From NCBI GenBank assembly GCA_046290225.1, contig JBKAGE010000011.1, positions 1 to 50,786 of the forward strand: DNA of 50,786 nt. The letters are read 5' to 3'. The notes under the pieces are model-generated. The model made no database searches. It saw only the letters and a program-made list of their open reading frames with translations, and was not told the origin of the DNA. Position 1 is the stretch's first letter. Each line of letters opens with the position of its first letter. Made by a program: the position numbers and the translations under genes. Below are positions 1-9,002 of the stretch, piece by piece. The DNA is from Bradymonadia bacterium (GTDB lineage Bacteria > Myxococcota_A > Bradymonadia > UBA7976 > UBA1532).

Positions 1-190
1 TCTGCTGAATTTTCGTCGCTTCCTGCGACCCATCTTGAACCCCTATCCGACATGTCGGTCTTATTTAACCTACATGTCCAAGATTTGGGGTCCACCTCAA
101 TCTTCATCGCTGAGGATATGGAATAGAGCTTCGACCATTCGCAGATAGAGTCGCGGCATGCTGCAATTGGGGCAGAGATGAGTGTTGTGA

Positions 191-1939
191 TCAGGGCGAT
201 TCGTCAGAGGTCGATTTGACCTCTCCAAGATGCTTGATCTCGATGAGAGAGGGTTTCGTCTTTGAGCGGGATTTATCGGATGACCCGGAAGATTTGAGCG
301 TCCCTACGGTACCCAGGTTGAGGTTGATTTTGGCCGGTTGAGGCTCGTTCTGGAGAGCCTTTGAGGTGTGTGTGCCCACCGAAGGTCTTGGCTTGGAGGG
401 CGAGGTCGCATGTCGTCGCTTCGATGAAACTGCTCGTTTTCCATTGAGTCTTTTGATGGGCGCTGACCGAGCGGATCCTTGACGAGCATCCTCAAGGGGG
501 GAGGCCATACCTGCATCAACGAGTGGCATCACTGAAGGTTCAGGGGCGTTGACAGGTGCCAGGGCTTGCTGGGCAGGCTGAATTGAGGCATCGATGGGCC
601 CTGTTTCTCCAGAGGGCTGGTTCGATGTCGCCTTCGGGTATGCAAGCTCCGAGGTTGCTTGTGCTGTACCTGAGGAAGCATGTGCTCGGGGCGAAGAGGG
701 AGGTATGTGCATCACTGCATCGCGAGATGTGTGCTTCATCAATTTGAAGCCTGCAAAACCCGCAAGCAGCAAGAATGTGGCCCCCAGCACAAGCAGGTGT
801 TTTCGGCGCAGAGGGCCGTGTTGGACGGTATGAGGCCGTGCCGGAGACACTGAAGTCGCTGGCGGCGCGGCAGAGTGGGCATGCTCAAGCGCTGAGTCTT
901 TGAGTGGCGCCGTTTCAGACAAAGGCGTGTCGTGTGCCGGGTCTGTAAAAGGCCCGGAGGGTGGTGGAAGAACTGGGGGCTCCGCTTCGACAGGTCCTGG
1001 GTGTTTCTCAAATCTGAGAGGCTGTGTCTCCGGGGGCATGTCTACTGCTGTCGAGCGCCCGAGGAGGAGCTGATGATAAAGGGGGCTCACCTCATGTCTG
1101 AGCTCATCAACGCTCTGTGGCCGAAGCGCCGGATCTTTCTCCAAGCACCAGTGGATGAGTGTCTCGAGGGCCTGAGGGGCATGGACGGGCTTGAGCTGGT
1201 AGGCTGTGCAAAACTCGCCGAAGGTGGGGGGGGGAGCGCTGAAATGTTGTTGCTGCAAATCCGACAAATCCCCCTGAAATGGCAGCATGCCCGTAAGGCA
1301 CTCGAAAAGCACCACAGCCAGGGCGTAAAAGTCCGCAGGTGGATCGCACGGCAGACCTCTGAGCTGCTCTGGCGGCATATATTCAGGGGTCCCAGGTGAG
1401 GGGGAGCCTGCTCGGGTCAGCGGGGCCGACTCCGCCTTCCATTTGGCGATGCCGAAGTCGAGCACTGTGACATGCTCTTCACCATCGTGGGTTGTCAGAA
1501 AGAGGTTGTTCGGTTTGAGATCTCGATGGATTACACCGTGACGGTGGGCTTCGGCGAGGCTACGTAATACCTGCTGCATGATGTTCAACGTGCGGATGAC
1601 AGAGAGGCGCCCTTCAGTGTCTATCACCTCGTCGAGGGGTCGCCCTTCGAGCAACTCACACACCATGAACAGGCCCCCGCCTGGCAAGACCCCCTGATCG
1701 AGCAGGCGAAGTGTATGAGGACTCTTCAGCTTGGAGATGATCATCGCCTCACGGCGAAAGCGCTCCACGAGGCTGGGGTGGTGGGCATACTGATCAAGGA
1801 TGCATTTGATGGCCACCTGTTGTCCGGTGGACTGCTGCTCGGCGATGTAGATCTTGCCCATCCCACCAGTGGACAGGAGCGACTGCACCTCATATCGCTC
1901 TGCCAGTACCTGGCCGATCAGGGGATCACTTGCATTCAC
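191..1939 (-). CDS. Membrane-anchored Hanks-type Ser/Thr protein kinase
   Basis: Motifs LSTGGMGKIY, VAIK, HRDLKPNN, LDFG and GTPEYMPPE. One TM segment (LLVLGATFLLLAGFAGF) and a Pro/Ser/Lys-rich tail. Start moved from ORF 2149 to the GTG at 1939, which follows a GGAG RBS and matches the paralogue N-terminus. Confidence 0.92.
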   Translation of the reverse strand: MNASDPLIGQVLAERYEVQSLLSTGGMGKIYIAEQQSTGQQVAIKCILDQYAHHPSLVERFRREAMIISKLKSPHTLRLLDQGVLPGGGLFMVCELLEGRPLDEVIDTEGRLSVIRTLNIMQQVLRSLAEAHRHGVIHRDLKPNNLFLTTHDGEEHVTVLDFGIAKWKAESAPLTRAGSPSPGTPEYMPPEQLRGLPCDPPADFYALAVVLFECLTGMLPFQGDLSDLQQQHFSAPPPTFGEFCTAYQLKPVHAPQALETLIHWCLEKDPALRPQSVDELRHEVSPLYHQLLLGRSTAVDMPPETQPLRFEKHPGPVEAEPPVLPPPSGPFTDPAHDTPLSETAPLKDSALEHAHSAAPPATSVSPARPHTVQHGPLRRKHLLVLGATFLLLAGFAGFKLMKHTSRDAVMHIPPSSPRAHASSGTAQATSELAYPKATSNQPSGETGPIDASIQPAQQALAPVNAPEPSVMPLVDAGMASPLEDARQGSARSAPIKRLNGKRAVSSKRRHATSPSKPRPSVGTHTSKALQNEPQPAKINLNLGTVGTLKSSGSSDKSRSKTKPSLIEIKHLGEVKSTSDESP

Positions 1940-1997
1940 CGCAGCAACTCCGTATGGGATCTCATCCCTCAACGTTGGAGGAACGACGTCTGGCACG

Positions 1998-3317
1998 ATG
2001 ACACGTACCCGTACGATAAACCCTTCACACCCTGAGACAATCAATGTCTCGACGGTCAGGCGGTTCCTGACCCCTGTATATCCCAGGGCAGGGCGCAGTG
2101 TGGAGTTGGGCCGACAGCTGACACTCGGACGAAATGGGGGGCCCGGCACTCTGCGCCTTGACGATCCTACGGTGAGTGGTGCTCATTGTCAGCTGGCTTC
2201 TGCACGGAAGCTCACCAGCTGGTCGATCAAAGATCTCGGCAGCAGAAACGGCACCTTCGTCGATGGTGTTCAAGTGGTCGGTGAGCAGATCCTCAACAAT
2301 GAAGCGGTCATCTGCATCGGTGAGCATGCTCTGGTGTATTCGGTCATCACCGAGGCCCCGAGTCACATCCATGTGCCGCAGCTGATGTCGCCACGCCTTG
2401 CCATTGCCGAAGCGAGAGTACGTCAGTACAGCAGTGTGCAGACCCCTCCATCACTCTTGTTGTTGGGCCCTTCCGGATCAGGCAAAGAGCGGCTTGCACA
2501 CATCGCCCATACCGAGAGTGAGCGTCAGGGGGCTTTTGTACCCGTCAACTGTGCCACGTTGACTCCAGAGCGGGTGGGCAGTGATCTCTGGGGACATCTC
2601 AGAGGCGCGTTTACAGGCGCCGTGGCTGATCATGCAGGCTTCTTTCGGGAAGCACATCAAGGCACGTTGTTTCTCGATGAAATTGGCGACTTGCCGCCCT
2701 CGATTCAGCCAGCGTTGCTCCGTGCTGTCGAGGAAGGCACCTTTCGGCCACTCGGGGCGTCGAAAGACGAGCGAGCAGATGTGAGGGTGGTGGCGGCCAC
2801 CCATCTCGACATCGAGACACTCGCTGATGAAGGCCATTTTCGTACAGATTTGCTCGCTCGACTCGCTGGCGTTCGTGTTGCCCTCCACGGGCTCGACCGC
2901 CGACGGGCCGACATCTTGCCATTGCTGGCCCATTTCCTCGATCGTGATCCTCACAGGCCTGGAGCATGGTTGACCTTCGATGCCGCCAGGTGGTTGCTTC
3001 ATCGGAGCTGGCTGTTAAACATCAGAGAAGTACGGGATTTCGCTCGAACCTTGGAGATCAGCGCTCTCGGTCAAGAGCAGCTTGACGTCCCTCACCTTCT
3101 AGAGGTGGCTCAGTTGCGACCACGGCGCCAGAAGCGTTGGCCTGATTGGGTTGATCCTGACACGCCCGAAGGTATGCGTTGGTTGCTCGACCATTATGAA
3201 GGCAACGTCTCTCTGCTCGCTCGAGATTGGGCCCGCTCTCGACAGTCGGTCTACCGACTGATCGAACGTCTTGGTTTGTCTGCGTATGTGCCTCAGGGCG
3301 GGAATAAATCTGAATGA
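1998..3317 (+). CDS. FHA-domain sigma54-dependent enhancer-binding protein (FHA-AAA+-HTH)
   Basis: FHA motifs LGR, VSGAH and DLGSRNGTFV; Walker A GPSGSGKE; GAFTGA; Walker B LFLDEIG; C-terminal Fis-like HTH GNVSLLAR..RQSVYR. Likely start is ATG 1998. Confidence 0.92.
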   Translation: MTRTRTINPSHPETINVSTVRRFLTPVYPRAGRSVELGRQLTLGRNGGPGTLRLDDPTVSGAHCQLASARKLTSWSIKDLGSRNGTFVDGVQVVGEQILNNEAVICIGEHALVYSVITEAPSHIHVPQLMSPRLAIAEARVRQYSSVQTPPSLLLLGPSGSGKERLAHIAHTESERQGAFVPVNCATLTPERVGSDLWGHLRGAFTGAVADHAGFFREAHQGTLFLDEIGDLPPSIQPALLRAVEEGTFRPLGASKDERADVRVVAATHLDIETLADEGHFRTDLLARLAGVRVALHGLDRRRADILPLLAHFLDRDPHRPGAWLTFDAARWLLHRSWLLNIREVRDFARTLEISALGQEQLDVPHLLEVAQLRPRRQKRWPDWVDPDTPEGMRWLLDHYEGNVSLLARDWARSRQSVYRLIERLGLSAYVPQGGNKSE

Positions 3318-3376
3318 GCACAGAATATTCACCTGCAGGGCATAGGGGGTTGCAGTCCCTCATCATAAGGGTATCC

Positions 3377-4210
3377 ATGTTGAGAACACTGTGTTGGGTG
3401 TGTGTATGCATCTGTGTCTGGAGCCAGGCCTCAGCGAAGACACAGGATGAAGCCTCTCAGAAGTCTCTTTTCAGCTGGAGCATGATGATGTTCTACGCTG
3501 CTCATGGCAGCTGTGAGGAGGCTGACCCCGAGTGTGTGCGTGGTCAAATGTGCGGCCCCCACCCTTTGGGATGCCCTGCTGTGGGTCTACTACTTGTAGA
3601 AAAACTTGAGCCTGAACTGTGGGATGCCACCTATCTTACAGGCCTCAAGGTGCTTCACTACAGCCGGGCGGGTGCATGCGTAGAAGAGCAGGCGGCATGG
3701 GGGGAGTACGAGGCTGCGTGCGGGCGAAAGTGCGATTTCGAGCAGCTGGAGATCATCTCGCAGGTCAGGGAGAGCTTTACCGGACGTTGCATCCATCCAG
3801 CATCCACTGCACCCCCTGTCACCCAAACGCCCGTCGCCCCAGAGACGCAGAGCCCTGTGCTGAGCGCAGAGGTGCCTCCATCTGATTCTCGGTGGACATC
3901 GGGACAAGCCATTGCAGGGTATTCACTCCTTGTCGTGGGTGTGGCGGCGTTGGCGGGCGGCTATGTGTGGCTGGACGGCGCTCGGACATCACAGGAGGAC
4001 GCTTCCAGCGCTCAGAGTCTGGCGGAGTTCAATGGGCATGTGGCGGATATGGAAGACCAGGAAACTCTGGCCATTGGCGGCGCGGTTGTGGGTGGTGTGG
4101 CCCTGATCACGGCGGTGACTCTGCTCGTGACCAGCACGACTGCCACTGACGCTCAAGTCTCCAGTGCCCCGCAGGGCAGCCTCGGTACAGGGCTGAGCTG
4201 GCGTTTTTGA
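3377..4210 (+). CDS. Exported Cys-rich protein with a C-terminal hydrophobic helix pair (PEGA/TPR-cassette-like)
   Basis: Signal peptide (MLRTLCWVCVCICVWSQASA), two Gly-rich hydrophobic segments and a terminal GLSWRF. Start inferred at ATG 3377. Confidence 0.6.
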   Translation: MLRTLCWVCVCICVWSQASAKTQDEASQKSLFSWSMMMFYAAHGSCEEADPECVRGQMCGPHPLGCPAVGLLLVEKLEPELWDATYLTGLKVLHYSRAGACVEEQAAWGEYEAACGRKCDFEQLEIISQVRESFTGRCIHPASTAPPVTQTPVAPETQSPVLSAEVPPSDSRWTSGQAIAGYSLLVVGVAALAGGYVWLDGARTSQEDASSAQSLAEFNGHVADMEDQETLAIGGAVVGGVALITAVTLLVTSTTATDAQVSSAPQGSLGTGLSWRF

Positions 4211-4250
4211 CGTATCCGGACATCGACTGCATCCCCCGTGTCCGGATACG
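4211..4250. repeat. Perfect 12-bp inverted repeat (terminator or activator binding site)
   Basis: CGTATCCGGACA-N16-TGTCCGGATACG directly after the stop codon at 4210. Confidence 0.6.
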
Positions 4251-4284
4251 AGCACTCAATTCAGAGTTTAAGCGGTTGGTGAGA

Positions 4285-4301
4285 TTGGTCGGCAGGTTGC
4301 T
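4285..4301 (+). promoter_or_regulatory. Putative sigma54 -24/-12 promoter
   Basis: TTGGTCGGCAGGTTGCT has GG-N10-GC spacing with TTGCT, about 34 nt upstream of the AGGAG-ATG at 4335. Confidence 0.5.
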
Positions 4302-4334
4302 CATAAGAGCCAGACCTTATAGGAGCAGCCAGCC

Positions 4335-4778
4335 ATGAGAGTGTTCATTTTGACCTGTTTTGCACATCTTGTCCCGTACCCCAGTTTGGGTGCACCCCCC
4401 ATTGTCCCTGAGCAGCCATTTTGTGCTGAAGTACCCGCTGTACAGGAGGCTGACCAGGAGACATCCCAAACCCTCATGGGCTACCTGCTTCTCGGTGTCG
4501 GTGTCGCAGGCACAATGACTGGGCTGATCTCACAACAAAAACAAGAGTGGCATCACCGTCAGGCGGACATTGCCACACACCGTGAACTCTACTGGCATCA
4601 TGCTGCGCATGAGTCGAATCATCGTCACTGGGCTCATGGTGGATACATCGTCGGTGGAGTGGCGCTGACTACGGCGCTGCTGCTCCTGGTCTGGAGCGGC
4701 GAAGACTCGGAACAGCAACACCTCTCGGTGACGCAGGGTGTAGAGCCTACCCACTTGATGGCGTCCGTGAAATTTTGA
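4335..4778 (+). CDS. Small exported/membrane protein resembling the C-terminal half of 3377-4210
   Basis: AGGAG RBS. GYLLLGVGVAG and GGVALTTALLLLV parallel GYSLLVVGVAA and GGVALITAVTLLV in the upstream gene. Ends in F. Confidence 0.6.
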   Translation: MRVFILTCFAHLVPYPSLGAPPIVPEQPFCAEVPAVQEADQETSQTLMGYLLLGVGVAGTMTGLISQQKQEWHHRQADIATHRELYWHHAAHESNHRHWAHGGYIVGGVALTTALLLLVWSGEDSEQQHLSVTQGVEPTHLMASVKF

Positions 4779-6505
4779 AAATGAAGCACAGTCAGCCTCT
4801 CGGAGAGTCAACCATGCATGTGTATTCAAGGCGCGTGATGCCTGTCAGCCCCTCGGCCATCTTGCTCATTGGATGCTTCTTTCTTGTGAGTGGCTGCCTT
4901 GAAGCACCAGACGTACCAGAGTGTTTTCCCGGGGGAGGGGCTGGCTCTGAGTGTCCGCTTGGAAAGATGTGCATTCAGAATGTCTGTGTGGAGCAGATGT
5001 CGGATGCTGGGCCGATGGCCGGTGCCGGAGGAGAGGCGGGTGCTGGAGGTATGGCTGGTGCAGGTGGAATGAGCGGAGCTGGGGGGATCGGCGAAGAAGA
5101 TATGGGCCCTCTCGGAGGTATGGGTGGCGAGCCCGGTGGTGCGGGCGGCATGGGTGGGAATGTTGGCGGAGCTGGCGGCAACATTGGAGGAGTTGGCGGT
5201 GACGTTGCGGGGGCTGGTGGTAATGTTGGAGGCGCCGGTGGCAACATTGGCGGTGCCATGGGTGGCATGGGTGGCATGGGCGGCGAGCCTGGTGGTGCTG
5301 GTGGCATGGGCGGCATGGGTGGAGAGCCCATGCCCTGTGAGCCGACTCCTGAGGTGTGTGATCGAATGGACAATGACTGTGATGAGCAGGTTGACGAAGG
5401 TGTAGAAGGGGAGCCGCTCAGTGAGCCATGTTACTCAGGCCCTGAGGGCACTGAGGGGCGCGGTCAATGCCAGTCCGGGTTGAGGGTGTGCCGTGATGGC
5501 ATCCTTGGGGCGTGTCAGTCAGAAGTGCTGCCCTCAGAAGAGAGCTGTGACGGTGTCGATGAAGATTGTGATGGGGCTGTGGACGAGAACGTGACTCGTG
5601 CATGCTATCTCGGCCCTGAGGGCACTGAGGGAGTGGGTGCCTGCATGGGCGGATTCCAGGCCTGCTCTGAAGGCGAGTTCGCGGCAGAGTGCACCGGGGA
5701 GATTATGCCGTCGATGGAGGTGTGCAACGAGATCGACGATGATTGTGATGGTGTGGTTGATGAAGCGCTCAACTGCCCGCTGAGTATCCCTGGCGGTGGG
5801 GAGATCCAGATGATCGAGCTTCCAGCCGGTGTCTTCTTGAGAGGATCCGATTTCGGCCCGGCAGATGAATTGCCGATCCGAGAGGTCACCATACCCGCGT
5901 TTCGCATGAGTCGAACTGAGGTCACCGTGCGCCAGTATGCTGCATGCGTGTCTGCAGGCGTGTGTGCGCCTTCTGCTGGAGAAGAGGAATGCAACGCACA
6001 CATACCTGGTCGAGAAGAGCATCCCATCAATTGTGTACTGTGGAGCGACGCACGTACTTTTGCTGCATGGGTGGGTGCTCGGCTGCCCACCGAGGCAGAG
6101 TGGGAGTATGCCGCCCGTGGTGGGGGCCTGGATCGACTCTACCCCTGGCCTCGACAGCAAGGAGGTGCCACCTGTGAACGTACTGTGATGTACCAGGGGG
6201 ATCTCAGAGGGTGTGGCGATGATTCGACCTCGACCGTATGCAGTCGGGAAGCAGGCAACACCGTTCAGGGGCTGTGTGATATGGCAGGGAACGTCTGGGA
6301 GTGGGTCGAGGATGTCTATGTAGGCACCTATGAGGGTGTGCCTGTAGATGGCAGTGCACTTTTGGAAGGCGATGCACGGAGAGTATTTCGTGGGGGCGGT
6401 TGGAGAAGTGGAGGAAGCAATCTACGGACAACAGACAGGAATGCCGGGGAGCCCGAGTTTCAGGGGAACTCACTCGGTTTTCGGCTCGCCATCACCGATC
6501 CCTGA
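4775..6505 (+). CDS. Lipoprotein with Gly-rich linker, MopE-like Cys/Asp repeats and a C-terminal FGE-sulfatase (SUMF1/EgtB/PvdO-type) domain
   Basis: Lipobox LVSGC; GGAGG repeats; CDxxDxDCDxxVDE three times; FGE motifs TEVT, RLPTEAEWEYAARGG, GLCDMAGNVWEWV, RGGGW and GFRL. Exact start uncertain. Confidence 0.88.
   Translation: MKMKHSQPLGESTMHVYSRRVMPVSPSAILLIGCFFLVSGCLEAPDVPECFPGGGAGSECPLGKMCIQNVCVEQMSDAGPMAGAGGEAGAGGMAGAGGMSGAGGIGEEDMGPLGGMGGEPGGAGGMGGNVGGAGGNIGGVGGDVAGAGGNVGGAGGNIGGAMGGMGGMGGEPGGAGGMGGMGGEPMPCEPTPEVCDRMDNDCDEQVDEGVEGEPLSEPCYSGPEGTEGRGQCQSGLRVCRDGILGACQSEVLPSEESCDGVDEDCDGAVDENVTRACYLGPEGTEGVGACMGGFQACSEGEFAAECTGEIMPSMEVCNEIDDDCDGVVDEALNCPLSIPGGGEIQMIELPAGVFLRGSDFGPADELPIREVTIPAFRMSRTEVTVRQYAACVSAGVCAPSAGEEECNAHIPGREEHPINCVLWSDARTFAAWVGARLPTEAEWEYAARGGGLDRLYPWPRQQGGATCERTVMYQGDLRGCGDDSTSTVCSREAGNTVQGLCDMAGNVWEWVEDVYVGTYEGVPVDGSALLEGDARRVFRGGGWRSGGSNLRTTDRNAGEPEFQGNSLGFRLAITDP
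5010..5325 (+). repeat. Low-complexity Gly-rich coding repeat (GGAGGNxG / GGMGG units)
   Basis: Imperfect tandem units visible in both DNA and protein. Confidence 0.7.
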
Positions 6506-6540
6506 CACGCCTTTGAGGTATATGGGAGGCTGACTCAACT

Positions 6541-8301
6541 CTAAGGAGCCGGCTGCTTTACCGTGCCCAAATCGTTGATGTTGATCAGAGGTTTTTTGCC
6601 CTGTGTTTCGCCTCTGGACTCTGAATCGGAGCCTTTGAGCTTACCGACCTGGCCCAGGTTGAGGTTGATCTTGGACTGAGATGGGGTGGGCGTAGTCACC
6701 GATGTTGTGTTCTCGCTTATTTCTTCACGTACTGAAGCTCGTCGAGGCGCTTTCGACGCAGATTTCGTCTTCTGACCTTTTTTAGGCTTTGTTCGAGGAC
6801 GAGCTGGTGTGCCTCCCTCTACAAGAGGCTGCATCTCTGTTGCCGAGATCACAGCTTCGGCCGTTTTAGATGGGAGCCGGGCCGCAGGCTCAGGGGCAGA
6901 CTGCTCGGCCATTGGGGAAACTGGTCTGTTTGAATCGGGCACAACATGTTTGGGGCGCGCCCCAGGTTGCTCCGGTTGAGACTCGGTGCTGTGAGAAGCA
7001 AGTGCGGTGGGGCCGCGTGGCTCGGATTTCGATGGGGTACTTTGGCGTGTGAGATCTGCGCCAGTACTAATTCCCTGTTCATTGTAGGGAGTCGCCCAAT
7101 CGACGAGGGTGAGGCTGGCAAGTCCACCGATGGTGAGTACTGCACCTAAAGCCAGTGCCCATGGCTTCAAATATTGTGGGCCAGCATCCTTAAATGCCAC
7201 CGCTGGTGCTGGTGCAGGCTGCTCAGGTGGTAAAATACGTGTTGTGGCCGAGTCCACGGGGGCAGCCACTGGCTGGCTCGGTGGTGAAGGTACAACAGTG
7301 TTGTGTGCTTTGGGTTCATCAGCGAGCTGACTCGAAGCTGTCGTTGCGATCCCGAGGGCTTGTTGAGCAAGCTCACCCGTCCTTCTCACCTCGTTGATGT
7401 CCGAAGCGGGTGTGTTCAGGACGAGCCGGTGATAGATGTCAGTTGCCTCTTTCCGAAGCGCTGCAGCACTCTCAGGCCTCTGAACAGGATCTTTTTCGAG
7501 ACACCAGTGGATGAGCTGTTCAAGGTCCGCAGGGACATCCACAGATTGAAGTCGATGCGCATCACAGAATGCGTTGAACGTAGGTGGAGGCTCATTGAGG
7601 TGTTGGTGCTTCAGATAAAAAGGTACGCCCTGGAATGGCCGTTTTCCGGTGAGGCATTCAAAGGCCACGACACCCAAAGCGTAGAGATCAGCCTGGGGGT
7701 CACATGGCAGACCTTTGATCTGCTCAGGGGACATATATTCCAAGGTACCCGGTGAAGGGGCACCTGTCCGAGTCAGTGGGGTCGATTCTGCCTTCCATTT
7801 AGCGATGCCAAAGTCGAGGACCGTCACATGTTCTTCGCCGTCATGGTTGGTGACAAAGAGGTTGTTCGGCTTCAAGTCACGGTGGATCACCCCATGGCGG
7901 TGAGCTTCGGCGAGGCTGCGTAATACCTGCTGCATGATGTTCAGAGTACGTGGAGCAGAAAGGCGGCCTTCTGCCCGTATCACCTCGTCAAGCGGTTGGC
8001 CCTCAAGGAGTTCACACACCATGAACAAGCCACCACTCGGTAAAGCGCCCTGATCGAGCAAACGGAGCGTATGAGGGCTCTTCAGTTTGGAGATGATCAT
8101 CGCCTCTCGGCGAAACCGCGCCATGAACTGGTCATCATGGGCGTACTGGTCGAGGATGCACTTCAGGGCCACTTGCTGTTTGGTGGATTGTTGTTCGGCG
8201 ATGTAGATCTTGCCCATTCCCCCTGTAGACAGGAGTGACTGGATCTCATATCGCCCCTCCAGCACATGGCCAATGAGAGGATCTCGTGCATTCACAACCA
8301 C
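6541..8301 (-). CDS. Membrane-anchored Hanks-type Ser/Thr kinase, paralogue of 191-1939
   Basis: Long identical stretches with the first kinase (RFRREAMIISKLKSPHTLRLLDQG, HRDLKPNNLF, HVTVLDFGIAKWKAES), a TM segment and the shared tail motif KINLNLG. Start is GTG 8295 or 8301. Confidence 0.92.
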   Translation of the reverse strand: MVVNARDPLIGHVLEGRYEIQSLLSTGGMGKIYIAEQQSTKQQVALKCILDQYAHDDQFMARFRREAMIISKLKSPHTLRLLDQGALPSGGLFMVCELLEGQPLDEVIRAEGRLSAPRTLNIMQQVLRSLAEAHRHGVIHRDLKPNNLFVTNHDGEEHVTVLDFGIAKWKAESTPLTRTGAPSPGTLEYMSPEQIKGLPCDPQADLYALGVVAFECLTGKRPFQGVPFYLKHQHLNEPPPTFNAFCDAHRLQSVDVPADLEQLIHWCLEKDPVQRPESAAALRKEATDIYHRLVLNTPASDINEVRRTGELAQQALGIATTASSQLADEPKAHNTVVPSPPSQPVAAPVDSATTRILPPEQPAPAPAVAFKDAGPQYLKPWALALGAVLTIGGLASLTLVDWATPYNEQGISTGADLTRQSTPSKSEPRGPTALASHSTESQPEQPGARPKHVVPDSNRPVSPMAEQSAPEPAARLPSKTAEAVISATEMQPLVEGGTPARPRTKPKKGQKTKSASKAPRRASVREEISENTTSVTTPTPSQSKINLNLGQVGKLKGSDSESRGETQGKKPLININDLGTVKQPAP

Positions 8302-8552
8302 AACTCCGAGCGTTTACAGCGTGATGAGGAAGAGCCTGCTACACCAGACGTGCCCATCGACGAGATCCCAAGCTCAGAACTGCTCAGTACATCTTCAGAG
8401 CCTGCTCTCGACCTCTCGCCGATGTGCTTCACCTGTCGCATCAGTTTCTTCCTCACAACGCTGGAGTGGAGCCAAATCAGCCTGTTGAGCCTACTGTGTA
8501 TGGCTGTCATTGTCAGCCTGCTTCTATATCTTGAATGTCAAGGCACATCCAG

Positions 8553-8993
8553 CTACCCAACCAACGTATCCTCCGGCAACCCCACCTTCGCCGGGTACAC
8601 AAGCACATCATCCAACTGATCAGCCCGCAAATGCGGTGCTTCGATCACGTATCGAGCCTCCTCCCCTGGGGCCAACACCGACACAAAGGCCAGCAGAGGG
8701 CCCGACTCTCCCTGCACCTGACAGTGGATGATGAGCTGTCGTAGGGCCAACTGCCCGCGGTTCGTCACCGTGCCCTCGAGCCGCCACGACCCTGGGCTGC
8801 CAGAGACCTCGGGCTCAGAGACCTCCACGTTCTGAAGGGCCAGCGAGCGCCAGATCTCAGTGTCGAAGCTGTGGCTCTGTTTGGGGGCGCGGCCGTGGCC
8901 ATATTGGCGCAGGTATCCGATGCCCACCGAGATCACCACGATGAGCGTCAGGATCGAGAACGCGACCAGAAGGAAGCTGATGGCCAGGGACAT
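8553..8993 (-). CDS. Single-TM protein with an FxLYD-like Ig domain
   Basis: N-terminal TM segment; GTVTNRG...LAPGEEARY pattern. Confidence 0.55.
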   Translation of the reverse strand: MSLAISFLLVAFSILTLIVVISVGIGYLRQYGHGRAPKQSHSFDTEIWRSLALQNVEVSEPEVSGSPGSWRLEGTVTNRGQLALRQLIIHCQVQGESGPLLAFVSVLAPGEEARYVIEAPHLRADQLDDVLVYPAKVGLPEDTLVG

Positions 8994-9002
8994 GGGTGAG
9001 TA

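Noticed and set aside
1226..1234. G9 homopolymer in the first kinase as a phase-variation tract
   Set aside because: It encodes the PPP also present in the paralogue, the frame is intact, and there is no evidence of length variation.
1991..2006. TGGCACG as a sigma54 promoter
   Set aside because: There is no GC at the -12 position, and it overlaps the likely start codon.
3338..3354. GGCATAGGGGGTTGCA as a sigma54 promoter
   Set aside because: The GG-to-GC spacing is 11 rather than the strict 10.
5010..5325. Gly-rich and MopE-like DNA repeats (also 50420-50786) as a CRISPR array
   Set aside because: They are in-frame, degenerate coding repeats with no constant repeat and unique spacer pattern, and no cas genes are present.
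8292..8510. 72-aa minus-strand ORF between the kinase and the FxLYD-like gene
   Set aside because: No recognisable motif or RBS and a Ser-rich, non-coding-like composition; treated as intergenic.
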